In this document: in pieces, positions 1-29,300 of the stretch
How positions within the stretch are numbered: the stretch's first letter is position 1
Layout of the letters: each line of letters starts with the position of its first letter
Source of the DNA: Podarcis tiliguerta
Taxonomy: Eukaryota
Assembly: GCA_965153285.1 (NCBI GenBank)
Contig: OZ229122.1
Reading direction: 5' to 3' (one strand)
Length of the DNA stretch: 64,000 nucleotides
Translations under genes and position numbers: made by a program
Notes under the pieces: generated by a model
Databases searched by the model: none
The model's input: the letters and a program-made list of their open reading frames with translations, nothing else
What the model was told of the DNA's origin: nothing

Positions 1-166
1 TCACCAAACTCTTCTTCTCAGGATTCTTTTTTGGTGGCGTTGAAGGAAGCATGACGGTTAAGTGGCCTAAAACCAACACCATCTTTTAGGTGGGGTCCCC
101 CACTACTAGCTAGAGCTGCATAAACTGCACTAAGGAAGCCCAAATTCTGTGCCCTCCGCAAAAACA

Positions 167-409
167 CAGTCAAACCTTGGTTCCCGAACGGCTTAGTCGC
201 CCAACAAATCGGCTCCTGAACACCGCAAATCCGGAAGCAAGTGTTCTGGTTTGTGAACGTTTCTCAGAAGCCGAACATACGGCGTGGCTTCCGCTTGAGT
301 GCAGGAAGCTCCTGCAGACAACTGGAAGCCGCGCCTTGATTTTCTACTGGTTTTGGGAGTCGAGTGGACTCCCGGAATGGATTTAAGTTCAAGAACCAAG
401 GTACCACTG
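167..409. mobile_element. Tc1/mariner (Tigger-like) MITE
   Basis: Imperfect TIRs CAGTCAAACCTTGGTTC / GAACCAAGGTACCACTG. Right flank TA; left flank CA (mutated TA). Confidence 0.7.
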
Positions 410-425
410 TAGATGAAACAAGTTA

Positions 426-1139
<714 letters not shown>

Positions 1140-4100
1140 TTAAATGTGACGTGTTTCCTAGAGGCTCCCGGGCAGAATGTCCCAGGTTCAAAATCTCTGG
1201 CATCTCCAGTTAAAGGATCTATATGGTGAGGATGCACTAGGCCCAACCCTGCAGAGCCCAGAGTATGCCAGCCAAGAATAGGCAGCACTCAGCTGGGCAG
1301 ACGGGCAGCCTGACTTGGAATCAGGTAGCTTCATATATTCATTATAGGAGAAAGGCAGGATATAAGGGGAATTATCAGTGATTATGACAAAGCAGCAGTC
1401 CTGGGGCAACTAATGTCCAAGTAGGACCATGCTGGGAGTTGGCTGAAGGGCCGGCAGCCTTGGCTCTCCCGTTCTAGTATGAGCTCCAACAGTGGCAAAA
1501 GGACTTTTCAACCCCCCACTTCACCCCCAAGTAGGATCAAATATTGACTAAGTTTGAATTCTCCCCTTCCGCTCTTCAAGGTCCTGGCTGCTTGCGTCTT
1601 GGGCTCACACCCACAACCGAGATGCTCAGGGGGAGAACTTTTTAAGCTGAGCCTCTGCTGCTGTTCACACAAAGTTAAGAAAGGGGTGTAAGAGAGGGTG
1701 CATGTGTGTATTTTCCCCTGTGGCTGCATTAGGGAACAGGCTGAGCCTTCTGAGCCCCCAAGTAGCCTAGTCCTGTGCTAAAAAGACACAAACTCCACAC
1801 AAGGTAAGGCCAGCAACCAAATTAGTGTTTAACTGAAAGGCAGGGTACATTTATTTTTTAAATTGTTCAAAACCCACCCCCATTTTTGTCTCCAGCATTT
1901 GCTTTACTGAATGGTCACTGTACACCAGGCAACACTTTTCAGAGCTGTCCTTTATCTGAGACTCTCACTGGGACGCCTTCCAGTTGATCCCATTTGGGTT
2001 AGTGAATGGGGAGGGCTCAAACCCCACCACCCCTTTGAAAAAGATACCTCTTCTCTGCCCTCTACTTATCTAAGTAGCGTTCAGGTTTTTTAAGGAACGC
2101 ACTGGGGCTGGGGAGTGTATGGGGTGCACCACAAACATTTAAAACTTCCCAGTTAAGGAGTCAGAGGTTAGGAGAAAGCAAAGTTGAGTTTCTATTTCTG
2201 TGCCAGCTCCTCGTTAGGAGGTGGTCTACAAAAATGTTATCATCAAACACACAGAGCGAATACCGAAGTCCCTTGTGTTATGAATGGGATGAATGAGGGC
2301 GGACGCCTTACATGGGTGCCAGGAATGGGAAGGCAGTGGCGTCGTGGGGAGGAAACTCTTGTGCCTCATAAGGAAAACTGAGCCTCACAGCTGGGAGGTC
2401 AGGGAGGAAGATGCTTAAAGATTAAGCAGAAGGATACTTTTTGAACTGAGACTAATGTAAGGCAGGTGGAACACACATTTGTCACTGCCGTGGCTGACCT
2501 CTGGGAAGCCTCTGGGAGAAGGAACCTTTGTCATATGATGCAGCAGGAACCCACCTCAAAGCTGTGGGTCTGTGTTTATTTCGGAGCCCACGTGTGTTAT
2601 TTTTGCTTGGAAGCTGTGTGTGCAATTATTCTGCGGTACTCTGGATTGCAGAGAATAAAGGCTGGCACAAGTCAAGCCGCCCCAGGTATTCACACAGGGC
2701 ACAAACCACCAGGAATTCTAGAGTGATCCTCACAGAGATGTTTGCAGAGGGTTGTACTACATGCATAAAAGCAGCCTCCCAAAGCAACCTCCCAAATGGT
2801 ACCCAAAAACCGATTGCCTGAGGCAGCTGCCTCACCCAGATGCACATTTTCATGACTCAAATGTATTGCTTTCCAATGTCCCTTAGAAACAAGTGCATTA
2901 GCTACCAAGCTGATTGGGCTGTTATTCATTTTGGGCGGTGGGGGTTGCAGGAGTGTGGGGCACGGCCCTCAAAGGTTGCAGTTCCACTTTTGAACATATA
3001 GAAGCAAATGGAAATGATGTAAAACAGGCAGGCTAATAAAATTGCCCAGATTCATTCCCCCCCCCCTTTCTCCTTGAGTATTCTAAATAATTTCAGGAAC
3101 ATTCCCACCACCCCTGAGTGTAGAAAGTTATGGACAGTTACAGCTTCTCAGAGTTAATGAGAAACAAAGGTAACAGTGGGGTGCAGAGAGGAAATCCATA
3201 GATCCCCTCCGATTCAGGTTTTGAATAATACTCCAAACTTTTACAAACATACAGTGCAAAATTTCAGGGAGACGAAAGCTTAAATACAAGGTGTTTGGAA
3301 GCAACAGAGGTGTGAAAACAGACTCGTAGCCCAGCTCCTAAGCTTAAAGTGCCTCATTTTATTTTTTAAAAAATTGAGAAATAAATAAAACCAAACTCAA
3401 AACTCACAATACAGAGGTGGTGAAGTGTGGTGCAGAATTCTTTTTATTTTTCCTTCAAAGTTTCACATGCATCCACAACAGGGAAGGGAGAAATAAATAA
3501 ACCACAGATGAATACCTTCCCCGCACAAAATGGGAGAAATAAATAAAAAATATTTAACAGAGGGGAAAAAATGCAAGGAGGATAAGGGGGAAACCACAGC
3601 TCAAACGCACACACACAAAATAGGAAGAAATACAAGTACACTATTAAAATGGACAAAACAGAATCTGGATTAATGAAAATAAATTTGGCCAAAAAATGGA
3701 GGAATGCTAAAAAATAAATCCATGATTTGAACAAAATAGGAAATAAATAAAAAAAGACCACAGATGAACCAAAAAAGGGAGAAACACAGGATAAGCACTT
3801 GATGTACAAAATGGGACCAAAATTAGATCGATAAATGCAGAATTAAGTTGGGGATAATCTCAACTTGGGGTTTTTTTGTTTTTTTTAAAGGCTGTAGTAA
3901 CAGAATCAGACCACAAGCTCGGGAAATATGTAAAAATGCACGAAGGAAACAATTTAAAATGAGGCACCAATTAAACTAGAACTGTAGGCTGTTAGTTACA
4001 AAATGATTTAACAGCATAAAGCACAGTTGGCATGTCATGGGAATGTGAAAAATCCTTGCTTTGTCTGGGAATCTAAAACAAACAACAAAAATGGGATTTA

Positions 4101-6288
4101 CTCTCAGATTTGGTGTGTTCAGGATTACCGTATTCTCTAAAGATATTCAAGCTCAACCACCCCAGTTTGGCATTTTAAAAAATGGTTAATTTAGTGCCTA
4201 TTTGGCTGCCAAAGATCGACTTTTAAATAAATCAGGTTTTGTTTCCAAAAACAGAGAAACCACATCTATCAGCAACGCTCTTCATATACGAACTTGATTG
4301 AGACATTGTAGTGTCTGGGTGATTACCTGATTAGAGCATCCTTTCCCAACTTTGTGCTCTCCAGATGTTTAGGACCCATCAGCCCAGCCAGCATGGCCTG
4401 GAGTTGTAGTCCAAAACATCTGGTGGGCACAAGGCATGGTAAGGGCTGGGATAGAGAGTTAAAATAGGCAAGGTAATCATTTTTTTAATGACATTTTTTT
4501 AATGACACAAGTAAATCACTGCAAGACTACTTGTTACTTGTGTTACAAAAGGCAAGCATCTCATCCAGGTGTGCAAGGGCCAGGTACTCTGATGCCATTG
4601 CCACAGCTCAAGCTGTGGGGGACTGAGGACAGAAATCCCAGAGTAATGAGGGCATTCAGATCCTGGAGTAGGAAAGGTGGAATAGTTGGCTCCCTGGGAA
4701 AGGGGAGAGCTTGAGGCACTGCTATCCCTGGAATGGTCCCTGCAGGGAACCAACAAAAAGGTTGGTTTCACCACCTGAAAAACTACCAACAATCCCAGCA
4801 TTTGGGGAGGTGCTCAATGGCAAACTTAACTTTTCCATTCTTACATAGGTCCACTAAAGCAAACTGGTTAAAAGCCTAACCATTACTTCAAAGTCCTGGC
4901 TTGTGGTATTTGAAGATTTCTTTTATAAGGGCAAGAGAGAGAGAGATAGAGAGAACTGCTTGATTGGCCCATTGTGCTTTCAAATGAAAAGCCTGTAGCA
5001 ATAAGTTGGATTTTTTAAAAAAAATTCTCCCGTTTTCAGTCATTTTTTTATAAAAAAAACTCACATTAGCTATTTGTCCCTCCCCACAAAAACTGGTTTT
5101 ATATAAAACTTAGCAAAAAAAAAAAATCACAAACATACACAAACATAAAATTAAAAGTCAGCTTGAAATATGTACATTCAAGTAAAAAAAAAATGAAGTG
5201 AAGGGAGGTTGTTACAATTAGGGTGGAAAATGATAAATATATATATATTTGTAGAACAGTGGAAATATATATATTAACGGCGAAAGAATCACCTAAAATT
5301 AGTTAAGCCCTTAGGAGCTGGTAGGAGTCTGATTTCTTGAAACATGTACACCCCTTTAGGTTTGTAAGTTTCCAGATCGATTGAAACAAGGTTCAGTGGG
5401 GGAGAGGGAGGGAGAATGATAAAATTTAAGGTGATATGGATCCTGACCATTTAAGGAGCTGATAATGAACAGAAGCCTATTTATTTTGATGACTGTATAT
5501 TCAGCCCCAGAACCCGCTACCTTCTTTGGGGGTTCTATGTTTGAAGGAAATGGAGGACCGTACTTATCCCCTCATTGCTCAAAGTAGGTTAAAGATGGAA
5601 ACAAGAGTGCCTGGACTTTTAAAAAAGAGGTTACTGGAAAATGGTTACAAGAGTGGAGTATTCTGCAAACTGCAGCCCCTGCCCCCTTAGCAAACTCCTC
5701 TTTTCATTGGGGAACATTGAACAGGACCTTTCGACCTCAGACACTAGCACACATGCACCTCAAACCTCAGTTCTAAGGGGCTTGGAAATCTCTTCAGCTT
5801 AACCCACATCTCCACATCTTCTCCCAGCCGGCTGGAACGGGCGCCCAAAAATACCCAACCCACCCAAACACAGCCAGCTCAAAAGGGCGTCATCAGGTGA
5901 TTCTTTCCTCGTTAGGGTAATGAACACTCAACAACGCTCCGCCCCACCCCCATTGTGTAAACCAATAAGGAGCTAGAACAAACTTCTGGTCCTCCCGCAA
6001 CTTCAAAACTCCTTTTATCAAAGGCTCAGAGGGATCCCTGGCCTTAAGACATTAAATTCTCTCCCCTTGCTGTTGGGTTCTATATACCAATACCACAACG
6101 CTGGATGGGAAGTAGTAGGTTTTCAGAGTAAATACTGTCACTTGCTCTGCCTGATCTCCCCTAAGTCCAGAGACTGGCCAACCTCCCAGAATTCTGTGTG
6201 CGAGACCAGAGGACCAGGATGCCAGAGTCCCACTGGAATGGACTGTTTCACCGTTTTAGAACAGGATGTGGAGCCCTCCGAGGGCTCC

Positions 6289-20871
<14,583 letters not shown>

Positions 20872-22329
20872 GGCGGCCGTGGAGGAGGCTGGGCTTCACC
20901 TTTGCCCTTCTCCTAAGGTGGGGAAACAGAGGTTAGCAAGCTCACCAAGGGTAAGACATGGTCTAATAGGACACACAATGAGGCTACCTTCCTGAAGCTA
21001 AACATATCTAGGCCTGATCAGTGAGGGGACTGGACTGGGGGATGGGCATCTAAGAACCTCATGTAGGTTGCCTTGAGTTCCTTAGTGGAAGAAAGGCAGG
21101 TTATAAAAATATATCAGACTCCCTACAAAAGGCCCATTCTTTTGCTAAATCAGCCAGGATGGGGAATCTTCCAGAGCTGCATCCAATCTAGTCACTGCTC
21201 ATACAGGACATCCTTCACAAGAGAATCCAGGAGTCGCAAATTTCCACCCACAAAAATAAGAGAAGTGGTGTAGAATGGTAATCAAGGAGAAGAATTTGGA
21301 AGGGGGGGCACCAATGCCAGCAAATGGGGTAAGACTTCATAGAGATCCGAGAAGATACAGCTGTTTCTCTTCTTCATGTTGTGCTCCTGCTGCACTAGCA
21401 GCAGCATTCAATTGGGAACTGAAAATGTACTGAATTGGGGAACTGCATGCACCCGAAACTTTGCTTATCGCTAAGTTTTCCAACTTTTCTGCTCTAACCA
21501 CAACAATATACCCTGGCAAGCAAATTTCTTTTAGAAAATAAATTACAGGCTCCAATTCTTCCTAAGAAAACTCCGGAGTATCTCCCTGAGATACAATACA
21601 CTCTGACTCAGAGCACACTTGTCCCTGCTGCTTTCCCAACTAAAATAACCTCCATGACTTGCTCCTTCTATGACAGGATGAAGGTTCTTGCTGAGTTTTC
21701 CCTCTTCAGTGTGGAAGGACTGAACATGCTTCAGCTCCACGGACTTGCATGCGCATGCCACCTTCCCCTTGCAGTGGGCAAAGACCTGCATGTACAGCAG
21801 CCACATTCTCACAAAGAATTGCCTCAGCTTAATAAGCTTCTTTCTTGTTTTAGTTTCCCTTCTGCTCTTGTTGAAAGTCAAGTTAGGGAGGAGGAAGAAA
21901 TTAACAAGATCTTCTTTAAAGACTACTTCTTTGATGGCAATTACTCCCAAGGATGTATAAACAAAACCAAAAAGAAATAATCAAGTCCAACCCTTCCAAG
22001 GTTGCTTTTGTGATTTGGCTATCTTGTGCTGCTTTCCTTAACAATTCTTTCTAGAGCAGGGATGGATGGGGAACACATGGGCCTTCAGAGGTTGTTGGCA
22101 CTCAAACCCCTATCAGAATAAGCCAATGGTTAGAAATAATGAAAGTTAAATAGTCCACCACCATCTTGAAGGCCACAGGTTCCCCATTCCTTTTCTTGGG
22201 TAAACTGAGGTCAGTCAGTTGTGAGGGGCTAAAGGCAATTATGGGGACATGTAGCAAATGAGACTTTTGAGAGGCTTGCCTGGGATTTTACTGGGCTTGG
22301 TACAGGAAAAGTGGACTAGGTAATTTCTT

Positions 22330-22790
22330 TCTTTCTAAGATTTTATACCTGCCCTTCTTCAACAGGTTCCAGGGTGGGTTACAGTATTATAATATACGGT
22401 TATAAAAACAGTTAAGACCATTGCAATGATAGTAACATAGTGAATCCTCTCTGAACAGGACAGTATAAATCCAACAAAAGTTCAGTCTCCAAAAAACAAA
22501 GGCCAGGGCAAAGAGGTGTGTCTTTTACATACAGTGAAAGCTGTCCAATGAAGATGTTGCACACAACTCTGTGGGGAGGGAGTCCCACAATTTAGAGGCT
22601 GCCACAAAGAAAGGCCTCTCCTGGGCCACTCTTCCCCACAATTCTGAGGATGAGGATACCAAGGGAGCCCCCTCAGTCGATTGTAACACCCAACAACTTT
22701 GGAAGGGGTGGAGGCAGTCTTTCAGCTATTTGGGGCCTGAGCTTTTTAGGGCTCACTAATGTGATCACCCTGAACTGGGCCCAGAGACCA
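22330..22790 (-). mobile_element. Old L2 LINE 3' fragment
   Basis: tttatacctgcccttc...gggagggagtcccacaatttagaggctgccac..aaggccctc...ctgaactgggccc, similar to 41001-41398. Confidence 0.6.
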
Positions 22791-24794
22791 AGAACCCTGT
22801 ACCCAGGAAGCATGGACAGTACAGAAGTTGATTAATCCTTATTAGTCCTCAAAGAGGTGCTCAGAGCTGTTCACCACCTGGAAAATATCACCTCCATCAT
22901 ACAATTTTATGTTAAAAGCTAACCATCCACATATGAAACAGTTGCATGTCACTACGTTGAAATGTTTTACCTGCAACACACTGCCCCAATTGGTACATCT
23001 ATGGAGTTTATTTTAATCAAGGTCTTTAAGATTAAAAGATGCAGGTGGCATAGAAGTAAAAAAAGGGGGGGAAAGAGCAGAAATACATTTCAGATTGTAA
23101 GCCTGCAGGCAGGGGCTGTCGTGCAAGCTATTGTATGCAAGCCACTCCAGGAGACTTTTAGGTTGAAGAGTGGGGTACAAGTGCTCTAAATCAATCAATC
23201 AATTCTATGGCAAGATGACCCATACTTCTTGATGTAGCATTATAGTGTACAAGAGGCTGAAGCTTCTAAAAGAGAACACAGACAAATCCAGGCAGCCTAG
23301 ACTTTAGCTCTGAACCCTACATCAAACAACTCAAATTTCCAGACGTACCAACCTAAATTCCCTGGGAGAGATCCTTCAGCAGGAGAATATGTTTGCCGCT
23401 TGCAGTAGCTGCAACCTATGACCCTACACTAAATGGGAAGAGAGGTGGACTGCCATGCCGCCTCCCACCCTGGCCCAAGGGAGACACTCCCAACATGGTT
23501 ACCCTGCTTTCCAGAGGGGGAACCTCACTATTTTGGAGTCTATGCTTAATGCAGGTATAAGCCACTATTCTGACCTTATTGCTAATCACACCCTGGCAGG
23601 CTGGGCACTCTTCATCTTTGCTCAACACAAAAGGCAAGAAAGAGGTCTGTAAAAGTTGGCACCAGCTACTCCCCCCACCCCCCATACCACCTCTGAAGGC
23701 TGCAAAACTCCACAGTGATCCTTTGCAGGCCTCCATCAGCTGAATGAACCAGCAGGGTATTCATATGGGCTAAAACATCTTGTATGTCTGGACTGCGGAT
23801 CCATTCCTTGCCCTTGACATTAGTCAGCAGGATGTAACCCCCTGGAGTCTTTGTCTATGGGAATGGGTCAGGCCAGGCTGGCTAGATGAACATTAGAAAA
23901 ACAAGGCCCATGGCCTTTGCCTTTTGAGGGGCACCAACCTGCATCTAAACCCCGTTTGCCAAAACAAGTTTCTTGGGGTACCTCTTCACCTTCTGGGATG
24001 GGCAGAGCTCATTGAACCAATTCCCCTCCTCCACCCAATGAACAGAAAAACAAGGAAATCAAGAGCCTGCAGGCAGGCCATGTCAGCGAGAGGAAATCCT
24101 TGCATTGTTCAGTTGCTTCCCAGGGAACAATCCAAAGCAAAAAGGCAAATCACAAGGCCAGCCTGGCAGCAGTAATGCGGGTGGGAAGGCATCCTTCTGC
24201 TGTGCCTCACTTCACTAAGCAGTGCACAGAATTTAACCTCTCAAGTTTGGTTTTGAGGTTCCAGGCTAAAGTCAACGGAACAGGGTTATACAATGAATTC
24301 AGAGAAGTCATCTAGGGCTACTCCTTACACAGAAAGAAATGCCCCCTGCAGCATAAGCTGTATCGTCTGCAAAAAGGATCTGCAAAAGTAGATCAGGCTC
24401 TCACCCAACATGGAACAGTAGACCTGCTTTCAGGTCATCATCAGCAGGTCTGGCTGTCACATTTGACCCAAGATGTGCAGACTAAAAGTGGAACCAGTTT
24501 ACAGGCCTGTGACTCTTAAAGAGTCGTGCAAGGCTTTGCTGCTTCTGCTGAAGCTTTGGGAGGCTGCAATTAGACACAGAAAGCAGCAGTTACCATTTGC
24601 CAGCATACTTCTATGCCACTTTTCCAGTAGTTCTCATGGCACTTACATGAATGCACAAGACACTTCCAAAACACAAAAAGGATATATAATCTTTAATTAT
24701 TGTAATATAACTATTAAAAAGGACCTGTGCTAGAGGGTTAAGAGCACTCCTGAAGGCAGGCTTAAGGATTTCTTCTCAACTGCAGAGTGTAACA

Positions 24795-25128
24795 CAGGGG
24801 TGGGGAACCTCAGGCCCCTCTATATGGCCCTCAGAACTTTCCCCAGGCATTCCCCTCTCCCCAGGCAACAGCTCTCACTGGCCCTGCTTGACTGCCTGTG
24901 TGTTTCTGCCCGGCTGGAAGGTGTCTTTGAACTCTGATAATGCCTCTTGCTTGCCTGGATGGCAGAAAGAGAAAGGGGAGTGAGAGTTTTTCGTAGAAAC
25001 TAACCTACTGTTCAAAGGTTGTTCTGCCCGCTTTTGCCTCCGTCCCTGTGCACCACCAGCATGTGACCCTCAGAAGGCTGCCTAGAAGGGAAAGCAGCCA
25101 TTGGGCTAAAAAAGGTTCCTCATCCCTG
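24795..25128. mobile_element. hAT-type non-autonomous DNA transposon
   Basis: TIRs CAGGGGTGGGGAACCT / AGGTTCCTCATCCCTG. The TSD is degenerate. Confidence 0.65.
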
Positions 25129-26014
25129 CTGTACCGGATAAGCACATTTGGAAAGGAGTTAACCACCCAGGACAAACAAAACACCTTGCTTTTTCTATAG
25201 CATGTGCTTTGGCTCACTTGCTCAATCCAGCTACAGTGAGTTATGAAAATTAGTCAGGAAGCTCTGACACAGGACCTGCTGCCAGTTTCAACAATCTGCT
25301 TGCAGAACACGCTACCCAGAATGACATTTGCCAAGGGTGGGTGGACGGACATGTTGTAAAAAATTAAGTGTCTATCCAAAGGCTGGGAGATGGACCCTTG
25401 ACCTTAATGGCTTTCCAGCTACTACAATTTAGAGAACTGAAGATAGTGATCCTGAATTCTTCTGTTCATTTTCACAAACTGAGGATGTAACCTGAGGATC
25501 TCCTGAAGAAAATGCACCTCATATGCCTGGATGGCAAAGAGGGGTACCAGATTTCTGACAGGGAGTAGCAACAAGCTTATTTATTTAGCTGGGGATGCCA
25601 ACATGCTAAGTAGGTTGACAATGATGGGCTCAACTGTGCAGGAAAAAGGAACAAAAATGCATTACCTAGTATACCAATGTCCACCCCAAGTGATTGCCAC
25701 TGTACCCCATCTACTAATAAGGGTTTTTCCCTCAAAAGCTGCTGGGATTGTTATGTGTGCTTGGAAAGCCAAAATTGGTGAGGTTGCTTCTACTCTATTT
25801 TACCACCTGAAATATATCAAGCATTGAGCTGTTTACACTGCATTCTTTAAAATACAGAGATTAAAGTAAACAGAAGAACTAAAAGAACAGCCTGATTATT
25901 CTGGGTTTAATCAGTGAAACAATATACAGTGAAAGCTGGTTAGGGGAAAGTCTTAAGAGAAGTGGTCAGGAGGCCTCAGGCCTAACTTGGCAATTAAAGC
26001 TAGGTAACTTATAA

Positions 26015-26377
26015 GGGACGCGGGTGGCGCTGTGGGTTAAAGCCTCAGTGCCTAGGGCTTGCCGATCGAAAGGTCGGCGGTTCGAATCCCTGCGGCGGGG
26101 TGCACTCCCATTGCTCGGTCCCAGCGCCTGCCAACCTAGCAGTTCGAAAGCACCCCTGGGTGCAAGTAGATAAATAGGGACCGCTTACTAGCGGGAAGGT
26201 AAACAGCATTCCGTGTGCGGCTCTGGCTCGCCAGAGCAGCGATGTCACGCTGGCCACGTGACCCGGAAGTGTCTTCGGACAGCGCTGGCCCTTGGCCTCT
26301 TTGAGTGAGATGGGCGCACAACCCTAGAGTCTGTCAAGACTGGCCTGTACGGGCAGGGGTACCTTTACCTTTACCTT
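26015..26377 (+). mobile_element. Full-length Sauria SINE
   Basis: Head GGGACGCGGGTGGCGCTGTGGGTTAA (A box) and GGTTCGAATCC (B box); (ACCTTT)n tail; TSD TAACTTAT(A/G)A at 26005-26014 and 26378-26387. Confidence 0.9.
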
Positions 26378-29300
26378 TAACTTATGACAGCAGACACTTG
26401 GCAACAGTGAAATGTAAAATCCTAAGGCAGACTTTCCACAAACATAAAGTCATTAAATTGCAGGTGAAAACAGATACACTAGGAGACGGTAGCATTAGGC
26501 TGCTGAAGTCCCATTAAAAAGTGAAGAACATATAAACTCCATCAGGCTCTCCCTATTGCAAAACATCATCAGCGGTGGGGATATGGAGCAAGGAAGAGCC
26601 ATCTGAACCTAGAGAGGAAGGGGGCAGAATTATCCAATACCCACAGGTGGGCTTTAAGTATTTGAAAGCGCGATAGTGCCACAGTTGTGGCACATGTGGA
26701 TCTTTCCACACACCCAAAATCAAGAGGCCTAAAGATCACCTGCCTGCAACACTGGAAGCCACAACGTCTGGACTGCTCCCAATCTCCAAATGTTAGCCAC
26801 TGTCCTTTGTGGTAGTGGCAGAGAAGCAAGTTGTGGGTTTTCTTTCTTTCTTCACTGGCCCAGTAAATGCTTTTAGACAGCACCTTGTGCCAATTACCAC
26901 CAATGGGCAATGAAATACTACCACAGAATGAAAGAAAGGACAAACTCTGGTCCAGTTTGTTGAACTTACTCAAGGGAGGCCGCTGCACCTCCACAAAGGG
27001 CTTCTGATCCCTTCTCCTTCCTTAAGCCTCCAAAATATTCACACGTAGCCCATTTGGATACCCTCTTGATAGAAACCTCGGAAACGCATTAAAGCTCCAG
27101 CCACAAAACAGCAGAAGAGCTGCCCTTCACCTGTTGCTGCCCTCTTCATATTTGCTGGCTTTGCACTGCAACTACAAGGATTATAAAGTGCTTATTAAAA
27201 ATTATGGCAGCAATTTCTATATTTAATAGATGTATATCCTGTCTTTTTTCCATCATGGAACTCAAGTCCCCAGGCACTCTTGCCATCCAGGAACTAACCA
27301 GGCCCAGACCTGCTTAGCTTCGGCAAAGCTACAGCATCCTGGGTCCACAGAAGCACATCTCTGTTATGTTACTGCTTCCTAGTCCTTGCTTCCCAGGCAG
27401 CACAATCCTTTGAATTTTTACTCAGAAGCAACTCCTACAGTGCTCAATGGGGTTCATCTCAATTAAGTATACAGGGTTACAAATCAGACAGTGCCATCCT
27501 ACACACCTACTTAGACCTAAGCCCTTCTGAATTCAATGGGGCTTACTCCAGGTAAATGGACTCCAGCCTTGAAGTCTCTTTCCTAAATATTATGAAATAC
27601 CCTGTCCTGGCCTCTTTCCTTTCAGAGGTTCTAGGATGCTTTCATTCCAGGGGGTCTTCTCCCCCGCACTACCAATTCCTTCTGTGCTGGAAGAATACAG
27701 GGCTTACTGAGTAACCTGTGGGTAACTCAAAAGCAAGCCCTAGGGGTTGTGTTCTACCACAACAGCATGACAGAAAATAATGCTTTGAGAACACAATGCA
27801 GTCATTTCCAGAGATTTTGCTGCAACCATTAGAAAACTATTTTAAGAAAGAATTGGAAGGAGTTCAGTTACCTTAACAAATGCCCTTCGCCGGCCGGAAG
27901 AAAATATTGCATTTGTCCAGACTACTGAGGTGATTTAGTTTTGCATACCCTGTCACATATGTTAAGCCCATAGAAAGGCCTGTAGTCATGAGACGTACAT
28001 AAGACAGACTCTCACCAAACCAGATTCAAATGAAAACTAAAGGCAGAAAACAAGACTGGTGTTGGATGTTATAGAAAGCACTTCCACTTTTCGCAAGTCC
28101 TCCATAGTGTCTAAAGGGGAACTTTTGTATGTGTCGAGGGGGTGGGGTGTGCGTGTGTGAAAGAGAGAAGTTCTAATCGTATCTCAAGCTTCTACATGTG
28201 TCCTTTCAGACATTATACTGGAACTCTCATTCATTCCTCTGCTTGCCAGCTCTTCTTAACAACGTATTCTCTGACAAAGGACAAGATCAAAGTTAGAAAC
28301 TTTGGGCTGTTAAATTTATCTGACCAAAGAGTGTTACCAGTTATTATTTTATGTCACATCGTGGTGAGATGTGCAAAAAGAGGCAGCCTCTTAACACAGA
28401 ATCAGCAGCCACAAATATAGAAACAATTCCACCTCCCCTAAGTAGTGCCTGGGCAAGAGGGGTAGGATGCTTTTATTCTTAGTCTGGGTTGGCTTGTTTG
28501 CAGTCCTTTGGCTCAAAGCAACACTTTTGTTACACCATCATAATCATCTTTTTAAAAAAACATCTGAATATTCCAGGATAAAACTTCTCTCATGATGACA
28601 TGTCCAGCTGAAAGGAGGCTCATGATTCTGTTTTAGATTACTGGAAGTAAGTGTATTATAATCAAGAACATAGGTGGGGGGAATCCAGCAAAGGAAAAAT
28701 CCTAAATGCTCATTGAGAAGTCATGCTCTTTGTAGCAACAGGGGCAGAACCAGGGTTTTAAATGGACATGTGTATTAGAGGAATGGGGCTGCAATTCTAA
28801 CCTCACTTACATGGGAATAAGTCCCACTGAACTCAACAGGACATCTTTCCAACTTGTCACAGAAGTGTGCTGTAAGTCAGAGAAACTGGAAAAAGTGTTG
28901 GTTTTTTCCCTTTCTTTTGAGCTCTTGATATAATTGAAATGACCGAATAAACATATGTGGACAGATTAGTAACTTTGGGGCAATCATTTGCAAGGCTGTC
29001 CCCAACTAAACAGACTAAAATAAGAGCGTTACTAGTCACAAGAGAGAATCAGCTGGGTTAAAAGTCTGAGGAGCTCCTGTCAACAAAAGAAAAGCAATTT
29101 AACCCATTATCTCGGTGGCCAAGCACTTCAGAAAGAGCCTTCAAAAAAATATCACAGGAAAAGCTTTGTCAAAAAGCAACCAAGTAGATACTGGGCCCCA
29201 TCTTGCATGATAAAACTACTGCCTATTAGGACAGTGGATGGAGGAGCCCCAAAAGTAACATAGCTCTCAAGGACTCTTACTCATCCTTGATAGAAGCATG

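Noticed and set aside
3444-3809. 121-aa Phe-rich hydrophobic ORF
   Set aside because: Non-ATG start, and the composition is explained by U-rich non-coding sequence.
21543-21980. Overlapping 135- and 108-aa ORFs in TAOK2 intron 1
   Set aside because: No recognisable domain or convincing splice sites; compatible with chance.
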